DNA of 32,000 nucleotides from Dickeya dadantii NCPPB 898 (GTDB lineage Bacteria; Pseudomonadota; Gammaproteobacteria; Enterobacterales; Enterobacteriaceae): NCBI RefSeq assembly GCF_000406145.1, contig NZ_CM001976.1, positions 4,797,444 to 4,829,443 of the forward strand, read 5' to 3'. Shown piece by piece: positions 17,173 to 29,760 of this stretch (position 1 is its first letter; each line of letters starts with the position of its first letter). The notes under the pieces were generated by a model. It saw only the letters and a program-made list of their open reading frames with translations, ran no database searches and was not told where the DNA came from. The position numbers and the translations under genes were made by a program.

Positions 17173-17405
17173 CGGTTGTATTCCTGTAAAAGTGACATAT
17201 TGTGTCACCACGATGTCTTTAGACCTGATTGTTCCGGTTTATTCCGGGTTCCCCGAGCCTTGTAGAGAATGGGGATTATTATGTTTTGGCCTGCGCTCGC
17301 CAGCGTAACGCAGGCCAAAACCGTCTTATCTCAAGACGCATTCAGCCCCCCGAATCCTGTTTCCTACACGCGCCAGCGTGGATCGCAGCATCCGGGGGGA
17401 TAAGA

Positions 17406-18776
17406 CTATTTTTTCTTCACCGGGCGTTTCCAGCCGGTGATATGGGTTTGTTTAACGCGGCTGATGACCAGTTCGTTTTCACCGACATTGCGGGTGACCG
17501 TGGTGCCGGCCCCAATGGTAGCGCCGTTGGCTACCTTGACGGGTGCTACCAACTGGCTGTCCGAACCGACAAACACATCGTCACCGATCACCGTCTGGTG
17601 CTTGTTGGCGCCATCGTAGTTACAGGTAATAACGCCCGCGCCGATGTTCACGCCGGCGCCGATATCCGCGTCGCCGAGGTAGGTCAGATGACCGGCTTTC
17701 GATCCTTTGCCGAGCCGCGCTTTTTTCAGTTCGACGAAGTTGCCTACGTGCGCGTCCTCTTCCAACACCGCGCCGGGTCGCAGACGGGCGAAGGGGCCGA
17801 CGGTGCAGCGCGCTTCCAGCGCCGCGTTTTCCACCACGGTGTAAGGGCTGAGTTCGCAATCGTCGCCGATCACGCTATTTTTGATCACGCAGCCCGCGCC
17901 GATTTTAACCCGATGACCCAGCGTCACCCGGCCTTCCAGAATGACATTGGCATCGATCGTCACATCACGCCCGTGCGTCAGTTCGCCACGCAGGTCGAAA
18001 CGGACCGGGTCCAGCAGCATGACGCCAGCCAGCAGCAGTTGCTCGGCCTGCTCGCGCTGGTAAGTGCGCTCCAGCGTCGCCAGTTGCAGGCGGTTGTTGA
18101 TGCCTTCCACTTCGCTCAGCCGCGACGGCTGCACCGCCACCACGCGCTGGCCTTCCTGCGACGCCATGGCGATGATATCGGTAAGATAATATTCGCCCTG
18201 CACATTGTGATTATTGAGCTGGCTTAACCAACGCTTCAAATCGCGGCCGCCCGCCACCAGAATGCCGGTGTTGATTTCGGCGATCGCACGCTGCTGTTCA
18301 GTGGCGTCCTTATGCTCCACGATCCCCACCACCTCGCCGTTGTCCCGCACAATGCGGCCATAGCCGCTGGGGTCGGCCGGATTGACGGTCAGCAGGCCAA
18401 TCCCGCCTTGCGGTTTGGCCGCCACCAGACGTTGCAGCGTTTCAGAGGAGATCAGCGGCACATCGCCGTACAGAATCAGGATGTCTTCGTTATCGTCAAA
18501 ACCGTCGGCCGCCTGCTGCACCGCGTGACCGGTTCCCAATTGTTCGGCCTGCAATACCCAGTTCAGCGACGTTTCCGTCAGCGTTTCCCGGATCAGATCC
18601 GCGCCATGCCCGTAAACCAGATGAATGCGCCGGGCGCCGACTGCCATCGCGGCATCAATCACATGCTGAACAATCGGTTTACCCGCCAGAGGGTGGAGAA
18701 CTTTGGGAAGATCGGAATACATGCGGGTTCCCTTGCCGGCGGCGAGGATAACCACACTCATTGCACTGTTTGACAT
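17406..18776 (-). CDS. glmU: Bifunctional UDP-N-acetylglucosamine pyrophosphorylase / glucosamine-1-phosphate N-acetyltransferase GlmU
   Basis: [19 protein letters not shown] matches the E. coli GlmU N-terminus. The second ATG (18776) has AGGA 5 nt upstream and gives 456 aa; the ORF opens at 18782. Hexapeptide-repeat C-terminal half. Confidence 0.95.
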   Translation of the reverse strand: MSNSAMSVVILAAGKGTRMYSDLPKVLHPLAGKPIVQHVIDAAMAVGARRIHLVYGHGADLIRETLTETSLNWVLQAEQLGTGHAVQQAADGFDDNEDILILYGDVPLISSETLQRLVAAKPQGGIGLLTVNPADPSGYGRIVRDNGEVVGIVEHKDATEQQRAIAEINTGILVAGGRDLKRWLSQLNNHNVQGEYYLTDIIAMASQEGQRVVAVQPSRLSEVEGINNRLQLATLERTYQREQAEQLLLAGVMLLDPVRFDLRGELTHGRDVTIDANVILEGRVTLGHRVKIGAGCVIKNSVIGDDCELSPYTVVENAALEARCTVGPFARLRPGAVLEEDAHVGNFVELKKARLGKGSKAGHLTYLGDADIGAGVNIGAGVITCNYDGANKHQTVIGDDVFVGSDSQLVAPVKVANGATIGAGTTVTRNVGENELVISRVKQTHITGWKRPVKKK

Positions 18777-19128
18777 AGGCATCCTGACTAAAAACTGAAT
18801 GGTGTCCTACTGAAGGCGGACGAACGAAAGTAAACCCGTTATCGCGCCGGATTATTACATATTTTTCAGCGAAAAATACGTCTTAGAACCTACTCCAGGC
18901 TGAAAAAAAATAGTAATCAGTGAAAAGAAATCATAAATCAGAGTTTACCCAACCCGGCAGGGTTTGGGTAATGGGAAACGCGCTGCCCGCCGGTTTTCTT
19001 AATCCGGCGCACAAACACCGCCCTTCGGTAGCAACCGAACCGGCGTTTCAGAAAACCGAGAGCGGTATAACAAAACAAAACTAATTGTTTCATCAGGTGA
19101 ATTTTACCGTTCAGTTTGTGAAGCAGAC

Positions 19129-19150
19129 AAAAGAAACAGCGTTTCATTTT
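19129..19150 (+). promoter_or_regulatory. KdgR-type operator upstream of the pectate lyase gene
   Basis: AAAAGAAACAGCGTTTCATTTT contains the inverted repeat GAAAC-N3-GTTTC embedded in A/T runs. This fits the KdgR consensus (AAATGAAACAnnGTTTCATTT type). A TTGACA hexamer follows immediately at 19151-19156. A weaker half-match (TGAAACAATTAGTTTTG on the minus strand) lies near 19075-19092. Confidence 0.55.
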
Positions 19151-19194
19151 TTGACATAATACGTCGATCAATAACAAATAATGATGGGGAAAAC

Positions 19195-21399
19195 ATGAAA
19201 TACGCTGCTTCGGGGCTTCTCTCTGTCGCCCTAAATTCTTTTTTGCTTCTGGGTTCCAATACCGCATTTGCCGCCACTCAGGATACCGCGCCAGTCTGGC
19301 ACAGCATCGCGTTCGGTCAGTCCACGGATGTGAACTTCGCGACCAACGTCCTGCCGGACAAGGTCGGCGTCAACGATGTCACTATCAATGGCAAAAAACT
19401 GACGGCAAATGACAAGGTCGATCTCTCCGCGCCGATCACGATCGAAAGCCGGGGAGGAAAAATCGCCAATACGCATGACGGTTTGACCTTCTTCTACACC
19501 CAGTTGCCCGCCAACGTGAATTTCACGCTGCAATCCGAGGTGACGGTCGATCAGTTCGGCCCGGAAAGCGACGCCAAACCCAACGCCCAGGAAGGCGCCG
19601 GTCTGCTGGTGCGCGATATTCTCGGCGTGCCGCGTCAGGAGCCATTGAAAGAAGGGTACGAAGAGTTTCCGGCGGCATCGAACATGGTGATGAACGCCAT
19701 CATGACGCAGGATAAGAAGTCGAAAACCGAAGTGAAGATGCAGCTCATCAGCCGCGATGGCGTTACGCAACCCTGGGGTAATACCAACGCGCAGATCACC
19801 CGCACCAGCTACCAGGAAAAAATCAATCTGGAACAGACGCCGACTTTCCGTCTGAAACTGGAACGCACCGACGACGGGTTCATCACCTCTTATGCGCCCA
19901 AGGGCAGTGACCAGTGGGTCAGCAAGACGGTAAAAGGTGCGGATTTAGTCACTCATCAGGACAAGGATCACTACTATGTAGGGTTCTTCGCCTCCCGTAA
20001 TGCGAAGATCACCATCAGCAACGCCAGTCTGACCACCAGCCCGGCCCACACCAAACCTTCCGCCCCATTCAAAGCGGAAACCAACGCACCGCTGTTGCAG
20101 GTAGCGTCTTCACCGCTTTCCGCCAGCGATACCTACCCGGTACAGGCGCGGGTCAATTACAGCGGCACCATTGAAGTGTTCCAGAACGGCAAATCGCTCG
20201 GCAAACCGCAACAGATTCGCGCCGGCGATTATTTTTCGCTTACCGCGAAGCTGACGCAGCCCAAGTCGGATTTCAAACTGGTTTATGTGCCGGGTGAAGG
20301 CGAAGACAAAACGGCGAAAGAAACCTCGTTCAGCGTGGAAAAAATCAAGCTGGCCGATGCCAAAAAGTTGTATGTTTCTCCGGAAGGCAAAGCCGACAAC
20401 AACGGCAGCAAGGATGCGCCGCTGGATATCAAAACGGCCATCAACGCCCTGCAGGCCGGCGGCACGCTGTGGCTGATGGACGGCGATTACAGCGCCACCG
20501 TGATTCCGGTTAGCGCCAGCGGCAACGCCAACGGCATTAAAACGCTGATGCCAGTCGGCAAAAAAGCGGTATTCCACGGCCTGCAGCTCAACGCCAGCTA
20601 CTGGAAAGTCAAAGGGATTGAAATCACGGAAAAAAGCTTCCGTATTGAAGGCAGCTACAACCAGATTGAACGCGTGCTGGCGCACCACTGTGACAACACC
20701 GGTATTCAGGTGTCCTCCAACGACAGCGTGGGCCGTCCGCTGTGGGCCAGCCATAACCTGATTCTGAACTCGGAATCGCATAGCAATCAGGATCCCAGCA
20801 AAAAAGACGCCGACGGTTTCGCCGTGAAAATGCGCGTCGGCGAGGGTAACGTGATTCGCGGCGCGTTCTCCCACGACAACGTTGACGACGGCTTCGACCT
20901 GTTCAACAAAATTGAAGACGGCCCGAACGGGGTTGTGGTGATCGAGAATTCCATTTCGGTCAACAACACCAGCAACGGCTTTAAACTGGGGGGCGAAGGC
21001 CAGCCAGTGGCCCATCAGGTGAAAAATAGCATCGCTATCGGCAACCACATGGACGGGTTCAGCGACAACTTCAACCCAGGCGCGCTGCAAGTTTCCAACA
21101 ACATTGCGCTGGATAACGTTCGCTTCAACTTTATCTTCCGCCCAAGCCCTTATTATGGCCCGGAAAAACAAGGGATTTTCAAAAACAACGTGTCACTGCG
21201 TACTCAACCCGGCAAGTATGACGATGCCGTGGTGGGCCGGGTGGACGCCAGCAACTACTTCATCAAGAATAACCGTTCGGTCAACAGTCAGGGCAAGGAA
21301 ATCACGACGGCGAACTACAAATCCGTTACGGTGCCGGCGGTGTTCAGCCGCGATGAAAAAGGCAATCTGCAACTGGGCGATTTTCTGAAGAAGAAATAA
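19195..21399 (+). CDS. pelX: Secreted right-handed beta-helix pectate lyase, PL9-family, PelX-like exo-polygalacturonate lyase
   Basis: 734-aa ORF with a Sec signal (…LLLGSNTAFA|ATQD). The C-terminal ~350 aa carry beta-helix lyase motifs (DAPLDIKTAINALQAGGTLWLMDGDY, KKDADGFAVK, NVDDGFDLF, SNGFKLGGEG). The size and two-domain layout fit Dickeya PelX, and a KdgR-like operator lies upstream. The family and symbol assignment come from memory of motifs, not from an alignment. Confidence 0.6.
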   Translation: MKYAASGLLSVALNSFLLLGSNTAFAATQDTAPVWHSIAFGQSTDVNFATNVLPDKVGVNDVTINGKKLTANDKVDLSAPITIESRGGKIANTHDGLTFFYTQLPANVNFTLQSEVTVDQFGPESDAKPNAQEGAGLLVRDILGVPRQEPLKEGYEEFPAASNMVMNAIMTQDKKSKTEVKMQLISRDGVTQPWGNTNAQITRTSYQEKINLEQTPTFRLKLERTDDGFITSYAPKGSDQWVSKTVKGADLVTHQDKDHYYVGFFASRNAKITISNASLTTSPAHTKPSAPFKAETNAPLLQVASSPLSASDTYPVQARVNYSGTIEVFQNGKSLGKPQQIRAGDYFSLTAKLTQPKSDFKLVYVPGEGEDKTAKETSFSVEKIKLADAKKLYVSPEGKADNNGSKDAPLDIKTAINALQAGGTLWLMDGDYSATVIPVSASGNANGIKTLMPVGKKAVFHGLQLNASYWKVKGIEITEKSFRIEGSYNQIERVLAHHCDNTGIQVSSNDSVGRPLWASHNLILNSESHSNQDPSKKDADGFAVKMRVGEGNVIRGAFSHDNVDDGFDLFNKIEDGPNGVVVIENSISVNNTSNGFKLGGEGQPVAHQVKNSIAIGNHMDGFSDNFNPGALQVSNNIALDNVRFNFIFRPSPYYGPEKQGIFKNNVSLRTQPGKYDDAVVGRVDASNYFIKNNRSVNSQGKEITTANYKSVTVPAVFSRDEKGNLQLGDFLKKK

Positions 21400-21465
21400 C
21401 CGACATAAACCAGAGGGCGCCGAAACCGGCGCCCGTCAACACCAGCCTGACAGGGCGTCGGGCAT

Positions 21466-21497
21466 AAAAAAAGCCAGCTAAATCAGCTGGCTTTTTT
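21466..21497. terminator. Bidirectional rho-independent terminator shared by pelX and atpC
   Basis: AAAAAAAGCCAGCT-AAATC-AGCTGGCTTTTTT: an 8-bp GC-rich stem flanked by an A7 run and a T6 run, so it can terminate both convergent transcripts. Confidence 0.8.
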
Positions 21498-21527
21498 ACA
21501 TCTGCATGATGGTTAAATCTGCATCTG

Positions 21528-21950
21528 TTACATCGCTTTTTTGGTCAGCTCGATGACGCGCAGCTTGGCAATGGCTTTTGCCAGGTCGGCAGAAGCCTGA
21601 GCATAATCCACATCACCGTGTGAATTGCGGATATGCTCTTCCGCTTTGCGCTTCGCTTCCAGCGCACGCGCTTCATCAAGATCCTGCCCACGAATGGCGG
21701 TATCGGACAGCACGGTCACCATGTTCGGTTGTACCTCAAGGATACCGCCGGACAGGTAGATATACTCTTCTTCGCCGTGCTGTTTAACAATGCGCACCAT
21801 ACCAGGCTTAATGGCCGTGAGCAGGGGGGCGTGGCCAGGATAGATTCCCAGTTCGCCTTCGCTACCGGTCACCTGGATTTTCTGCACCAGACCGGAAAAC
21901 ATTGCCTGTTCCGCACTAACGACATCCAGATGGTAAGTCATAGCAGCCAT
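21528..21950 (-). CDS. atpC: F1 ATP synthase epsilon subunit
   Basis: [44 protein letters not shown] is near-identical to E. coli AtpC. A GGAGGG SD is present. Confidence 0.96.
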   Translation of the reverse strand: MAAMTYHLDVVSAEQAMFSGLVQKIQVTGSEGELGIYPGHAPLLTAIKPGMVRIVKQHGEEEYIYLSGGILEVQPNMVTVLSDTAIRGQDLDEARALEAKRKAEEHIRNSHGDVDYAQASADLAKAIAKLRVIELTKKAM

Positions 21951-21970
21951 ATCACCCTCCTATCAAGGCG

Positions 21971-23401
<1,431 letters not shown>

Positions 23402-24265
23402 TTAAACCGCGGAGGCTCCCGATACGATTTCGGTGAGTTCCTGAGTGATGCTTGCCTGACGAGCCTTGTTGTAAACCAACTGCAGCTCTTTAATCAGGTT
23501 GCCGCCGTTATCCGTTGCGGCCTTCATCGCTACCATTCGCGCGGCCTGTTCACTGGCCAGGTTTTCTACGACGCCCTGATAAACCTGAGACTCCACATAG
23601 CGGCGCAACAGGGTATCCAGTAGCGACTTAGGATCGGGTTCATACAGGTAATCCCAGGATTTCTTCGTCAGCTCGCCTTCTTCTGCCGGAGGCAATGGCA
23701 GCAGCTGAACAACTTGTGGAACCTGAGACATGGTATTGATGAACTTGTTGCTCACCACGTACAGTTTATCCAGACGACCTTCGTCGTAGGCCTGCAGCAT
23801 GACTTTCACCGGCCCGATCAGTTCGGACAGCGAAGGGTTATCCCCCATGCCGGTAACCTGAGCAACAATGTTTGCGCCCACTGAACCGAAGAAAGAAACG
23901 CCTTTGGAACCAATCATCGCCAAATCGATCTCGGCGCCTTTTTCATTCCAGGCTTTCATGTCACCCAGCAGCTTCTTGAACAGGTTGATGTTCAGGCCGC
24001 CACACAGGCCACGGTCGGTAGACACCACCAGATACCCGACACGCTTAACTTCACGCTCTTCCAGGTACGGGTGTTTATATTCCAGATTCCCTAACGCAAG
24101 GTGACCAATCACTTTACGTGTGGTTTCCGCATAAGGACGGCTGGCCGCCATACGATCCTGCGATTTACGCATTTTGGAAGCGGCGACCATTTCCATCGCT
24201 TTGGTGATCTTCTGCGTATTCTGGACGCTTCCGATCTTACTACGTATCTCTTTTGCGCCGGCCAT
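23402..24265 (-). CDS. atpG: F1 ATP synthase gamma subunit
   Basis: 287 aa. [34 protein letters not shown] is typical of AtpG. Confidence 0.97.
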   Translation of the reverse strand: MAGAKEIRSKIGSVQNTQKITKAMEMVAASKMRKSQDRMAASRPYAETTRKVIGHLALGNLEYKHPYLEEREVKRVGYLVVSTDRGLCGGLNINLFKKLLGDMKAWNEKGAEIDLAMIGSKGVSFFGSVGANIVAQVTGMGDNPSLSELIGPVKVMLQAYDEGRLDKLYVVSNKFINTMSQVPQVVQLLPLPPAEEGELTKKSWDYLYEPDPKSLLDTLLRRYVESQVYQGVVENLASEQAARMVAMKAATDNGGNLIKELQLVYNKARQASITQELTEIVSGASAV

Positions 24266-24318
24266 CTTAGCTTCTCCTCAATGCCTAGCGGCCTGCCATT
24301 AAGGCAGGCCACGGGGCG

Positions 24319-25860
24319 TTACCAGGACTGGGTTGCCTTAAAGGTATCGAGGATGCTTTTGAATTTACCCTCGATCTCATCGTTATAAGCGCCAGTCTGG
24401 TCGATCTGCTGCAGAAGCTCGCCGTGCTCACGGCTGGCATAGGCCAGCAGTGCGGCTTCGAAACTGCCGACTTTCGCCAGTTCAACGTCTTCCAGGTAAC
24501 CGCGTTCCGCCGCGAACAGCACCAGAGACTGCTGCGCAACGGACATCGGCGCATACTGTTTCTGTTTCAGCAGCTCGGTCACTTTCTGACCGTGGCTCAG
24601 CTGTTTACGGGTCGCGTCGTCCAGATCGGAAGCAAACTGGGAGAACGCCGCCAGTTCGCGGTACTGCGCCAGCGCGGTACGGATACCACCGGACAGTTTC
24701 TTCATGATCTTGGTCTGCGCGGCGCCGCCCACACGGGATACGGAGATCCCCGGGTTAACCGCCGGACGAATACCGGAGTTGAACAGGTTGGATTCCAGGA
24801 AGATCTGACCGTCGGTAATCGAGATAACGTTGGTCGGAACGAACGCGGAAACGTCGCCAGCCTGCGTTTCGATGATCGGCAGTGCGGTCAGAGAACCGGT
24901 CTTCCCTTTCACTTCCCCTTTGGTAAAGGCTTCTACGTACTCGGCGTTAACACGCGCGGCACGCTCCAGCAGACGGGAGTGCAGGTAAAACACGTCGCCC
25001 GGATAGGCTTCACGACCTGGCGGACGACGCAGCAGCAGGGAAATTTGACGATAAGCGACAGCCTGCTTGGACAGATCATCATAAATGATCAGCGCGTCTT
25101 CACCGCGATCGCGGAAGTATTCGCCCATGGCGCAACCGGCATACGGCGCCAGGTATTGCAGCGCAGCAGACTCAGACGCCGTTGCCACCACCACGATGGT
25201 GTTGGACAGCGCGCCATGCTCTTCCAGTTTACGCACCACGTTGGAAATCGTGGAGGCTTTCTGGCCGATAGCGACATAAATACATTTGATGCCGGAATCG
25301 CGCTGGTTGATGATCGCGTCAATCGCCAGTGCGGTTTTACCGGTCTGACGGTCGCCGATGACCAGTTCACGCTGACCACGGCCGATCGGAATCATGGCGT
25401 CAACGGACTTGTAACCGGTCTGCACCGGCTGATCAACGGACTGACGGTCGATAACGCCCGGCGCGATAGCTTCTACAGGAGAAAACCCATCGTGCTCCAG
25501 CGGACCTTTACCGTCGATCGGCGCACCCAGCGTATTCACTACGCGGCCCAGCAGGCCACGGCCAACCGGCACTTCCAGAATACGGCCGGTGCATTTGACT
25601 TTCATGCCTTCGGCCAGGTCCGCGTACGGACCCATCACTACCGCACCAACGGAGTCGCGCTCCAGGTTCAGTGCGATCGCGTAACGGTTGCCCGGCAGGG
25701 AAATCATTTCGCCCTGCATAACATCGGCCAGGCCGTGTACGCGAATGATCCCGTCACTAACGGAAACAATCGTACCTTCGTTGTGAGCTTCGCTCACGAC
25801 GTTGAACTGAGCAATCCGCTGCTTGATCAGTTCACTGATTTCGGTGGAATTCAGTTGCAT
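24319..25860 (-). CDS. atpA: F1 ATP synthase alpha subunit
   Basis: 513 aa with Walker A GDRQTGKT and full-length conservation. Confidence 0.98.
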   Translation of the reverse strand: MQLNSTEISELIKQRIAQFNVVSEAHNEGTIVSVSDGIIRVHGLADVMQGEMISLPGNRYAIALNLERDSVGAVVMGPYADLAEGMKVKCTGRILEVPVGRGLLGRVVNTLGAPIDGKGPLEHDGFSPVEAIAPGVIDRQSVDQPVQTGYKSVDAMIPIGRGQRELVIGDRQTGKTALAIDAIINQRDSGIKCIYVAIGQKASTISNVVRKLEEHGALSNTIVVVATASESAALQYLAPYAGCAMGEYFRDRGEDALIIYDDLSKQAVAYRQISLLLRRPPGREAYPGDVFYLHSRLLERAARVNAEYVEAFTKGEVKGKTGSLTALPIIETQAGDVSAFVPTNVISITDGQIFLESNLFNSGIRPAVNPGISVSRVGGAAQTKIMKKLSGGIRTALAQYRELAAFSQFASDLDDATRKQLSHGQKVTELLKQKQYAPMSVAQQSLVLFAAERGYLEDVELAKVGSFEAALLAYASREHGELLQQIDQTGAYNDEIEGKFKSILDTFKATQSW

Positions 25861-25872
25861 GCTCCAGTCCCC

Positions 25873-26406
25873 TTAAGACTGCAAGACGTCTGCCAGACGT
25901 TCAAGACGACCACGAATACTGCCGTCTATCACCATATCGCCCGCGCGGATCACCACGCCGGCCATAACAGACTTATCAATTTTGCAATTCAGCTTCACTT
26001 TACGTGACAGACGTTGTTCCATCGCAGCGGTTATCCCGGATAACTGCTGCTCGCTCAACGTGGCGGCGGAAATAACCTCGACATCCACGGTCGATTCCAG
26101 CTCCGCACGCAATTGAACAAACTGTTCCAGCACTTCAGGCAGCACCGGCAAACGTCCGTTTTCAGCCATCACCCGGATCAGGTTCTGGCCCGCTTCATCC
26201 AGTTGATCACCACACACGGTAATGAACGTTTGCGCCATGGTCTGAGGAGCGATAGCTCCGGCCAGCATCCCGGCGATATGTTCGTTACGCGCGACTTCAG
26301 CGGCAAACGCCAGCATCTGCTGCCAGCGATCCAACGCCTGGTTTTCAACGGCAAAGTCAAAAGCTGCTTTGGCGTAGGGGCGAGCTACCGTGACAAATTC
26401 AGACAT
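25873..26406 (-). CDS. atpH: F1 ATP synthase delta subunit
   Basis: 177 aa. [21 protein letters not shown] is typical of AtpH, and operon position agrees. Confidence 0.96.
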   Translation of the reverse strand: MSEFVTVARPYAKAAFDFAVENQALDRWQQMLAFAAEVARNEHIAGMLAGAIAPQTMAQTFITVCGDQLDEAGQNLIRVMAENGRLPVLPEVLEQFVQLRAELESTVDVEVISAATLSEQQLSGITAAMEQRLSRKVKLNCKIDKSVMAGVVIRAGDMVIDGSIRGRLERLADVLQS

Positions 26407-26420
26407 CAGCCCCTCCCTCC

Positions 26421-26891
26421 TTACAGTTCAGCGACCAGTTTATCAACGATGTCGCTGTTGGCAGCTTCATCCACGGAACGTTCAATAATTTTCTCGGCAC
26501 CGGCAATCGCCAGAATGGCAACCTGCTTACGCAACTCTTCACGGGCACGTTTGCGTTCGGCTTCGATTTCAGCCTGCGCCTGCGCCACGATTTTGTTGCG
26601 TTCCGCTTCCGCTTCCGCTTTGGCTTCGTCCAGAATCTGAGCACGCTGTTTGCTTGCCTGCTCGATGATCACCTGAGCTTCCGCTTTGGCTTTCTTCAGT
26701 TGGTCGGTCGCATTGGCCTGCGCTAAGTTCAGATCTTTTTTGGCACGTTCGGCAGAAGCAAGACCGTCAGCAATTTCTTTCTGACGCTTTTCAATGGCAG
26801 CCATAATCGGCGGCCATACATACTTCATGCAGAACCAGACAAACAGGACGAACGCAATGGCCTGGCCGAGGATTGTTGCGTTAAGATTCAC
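26421..26891 (-). CDS. atpF: F0 ATP synthase subunit b
   Basis: 156 aa. [28 protein letters not shown] is followed by a long charged helix. Confidence 0.96.
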   Translation of the reverse strand: MNLNATILGQAIAFVLFVWFCMKYVWPPIMAAIEKRQKEIADGLASAERAKKDLNLAQANATDQLKKAKAEAQVIIEQASKQRAQILDEAKAEAEAERNKIVAQAQAEIEAERKRAREELRKQVAILAIAGAEKIIERSVDEAANSDIVDKLVAEL

Positions 26892-26936
26892 AGCACAATG
26901 CCTCTTTCATGAGTTAAATGAGTCGATGTCTTTTTA

Positions 26937-27214
<278 letters not shown>

Positions 27215-27245
27215 TCAGTTAAAACGTTTGTAGTGTTGTGAAAAA

Positions 27246-28443
<1,198 letters not shown>

Positions 28444-28532
28444 GGCGATTCTCCGTACCTTTTCAGAGGTATGCTGAATGACCGTATAAAACTGCCTTTG
28501 CAGTACCGAGTCAAGCAGCGAAAAACGAGCAA

Positions 28533-28560
28533 ATTATACGGGTCATCCATGCGAATTCAA
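28533..28560 (-). promoter_or_regulatory. Candidate sigma70 promoter of the atp operon
   Basis: The minus strand has TTGAAT (28560-28555), a 16-nt spacer and a perfect TATAAT (28538-28533), about 90 nt upstream of the atpI ATG. Confidence 0.4.
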
Positions 28561-28673
28561 TCGATAAGTAGCAAAAAGGTGAACGATTATTTAAATTTAT
28601 TTCCGAAGCCTTATTTTCACCAACTATCCCCGAAGTCCATTTTGGAGACCTGGCGCCTCTGGTGCCGACAATA

Positions 28674-28689
28674 TGTGATATTTCTCACA
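28674..28689. promoter_or_regulatory. Consensus CRP (cAMP receptor protein) binding palindrome
   Basis: TGTGA-TATTTC-TCACA has both half-sites perfect and A/T-rich flanks (ATATGTGATATTTCTCACATAAA). It lies in the rsmG-atpI intergenic region. Confidence 0.5.
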
Positions 28690-29063
28690 TAAAATTGAAC
28701 TGATGCTTTTATATCTGAATTGATTTTTTTTTGTCTTTAGCAAAAAAAGCCATTTATCTTTTTTAATTTCAATAATTTAAAAAAGAACATTCACAAAACA
28801 GCACGAATACAGCCTCAAAACCATCTGTTGACAAGCAGGATATTTTTTTCTCATGTTTTTAACACAGTTTTGCCATCAAAACGCTTTAGAATCATGAAAG
28901 CATTCTACCGCCAGATCGATTTTCAGCCTCCTCGATAAAAGGCTATACAGCAGAGTTGTAAAATTTCGGTGAATGCAGAAGGTTACTCAGGTCATTATTT
29001 CATTTTTAGCTATCAGCCTGAGAATTTTACAACTATTCATGATTTTTTTGATAAATGACAAAA

Positions 29064-29684
29064 TCAGTTGGGCTTAAGCACCACCAAATGCCGCTCCCCT
29101 TCCAGTCCGGGAACCGACAATGGAACTACTTTCTCGACCGTCACGCCCTGCGGCAGTAATCCCATCTCGTCATGCGGCACAATGCCTTTCAGAGCGTAAA
29201 AGCGCCCGTGCTGGCGCGACGGCAAGTGATGGCACCAATTCACCATATCCTGCAGCGACGCGAACGCCCGGCTGATCACGCCGTCAAACGGCGGCTGTGC
29301 CGGAAAATCTTCCACCCGGCTCTGCACGGGTTCGATGTTGCCCAGGTTCAGCTCATGCTGAACCTGACGCAGGAAACGAACCCGTTTTCCCAGGCTATCC
29401 AGCAGGACAAAATGCGCATCCGGACGGGCGATAGCCAACGGTACGCCGGGCAGGCCGGGGCCGGTGCCGACATCGATAAAACGGCTTCCAGCCAGATGCG
29501 GCTCAACCACCAGACTGTCCATGATATGGCGGACCAGCATCTGCTCCGGTTCGCGTACCGATGTCAGGTTATAGGCTTTGTTCCACTTGTGGAGTAATGC
29601 CACATACTGAAGCAACTGGTCTTTCTGCCGATCGGTCAGCGCTATTCCGGCGCGCTGTAGCAGACTGTTGAGTGTATCGAGCAC
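29064..29684 (-). CDS. rsmG: 16S rRNA (guanine527-N7)-methyltransferase RsmG (GidB)
   Basis: Collinear with E. coli RsmG from (M)[19 protein letters not shown]. The start is most likely GTG 29684, with AGGA 7 nt upstream. The ORF track extends 17 codons further to ATG 29735. SAM motif [11 protein letters not shown]. Confidence 0.93.
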   Translation of the reverse strand: MLDTLNSLLQRAGIALTDRQKDQLLQYVALLHKWNKAYNLTSVREPEQMLVRHIMDSLVVEPHLAGSRFIDVGTGPGLPGVPLAIARPDAHFVLLDSLGKRVRFLRQVQHELNLGNIEPVQSRVEDFPAQPPFDGVISRAFASLQDMVNWCHHLPSRQHGRFYALKGIVPHDEMGLLPQGVTVEKVVPLSVPGLEGERHLVVLKPN

Positions 29685-29760
29685 GAATGAATCCTGATTG
29701 TCGGTTAATGCAACATGGCCGCGAAAAGCGGCCATGCGTCAACGTAAGCGGTAGCGTTTC

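Noticed and set aside
18845-19010. 11-bp inverted repeat GCGCCGGATTA (18845-18855) / TAATCCGGCGC (19000-19010) in the glmU-pelX intergenic region, plus the imperfect hairpin TACCCAACCC...GGGTTTGGGTA at 18946-18970.
   Set aside because: The arms are ~145 bp apart and the match does not extend. There is no U-tract and no recognisable operator consensus. It could be a regulator site, but the sequence alone does not support a call.
18938-19267. 109-aa minus-strand ORF spanning the pelX promoter and start.
   Set aside because: It overlaps the pelX signal-peptide coding region and the KdgR-like operator. It has no SD and no recognisable motif.
21415-21434. GC-rich hairpin GGGCGCCG-AAAC-CGGCGCCC 16 nt after the pelX stop, considered as the pelX terminator.
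   Set aside because: No U-tract follows it. The A7/T6-flanked hairpin at 21466-21497 is the convincing terminator. This one may merely stabilise the 3' end.
28471-28692. 73-aa plus-strand ORF in the rsmG-atpI spacer.
   Set aside because: It runs opposite to the surrounding transcription through the probable atp promoter. It has no SD and a lysine/serine-rich, non-descript sequence.
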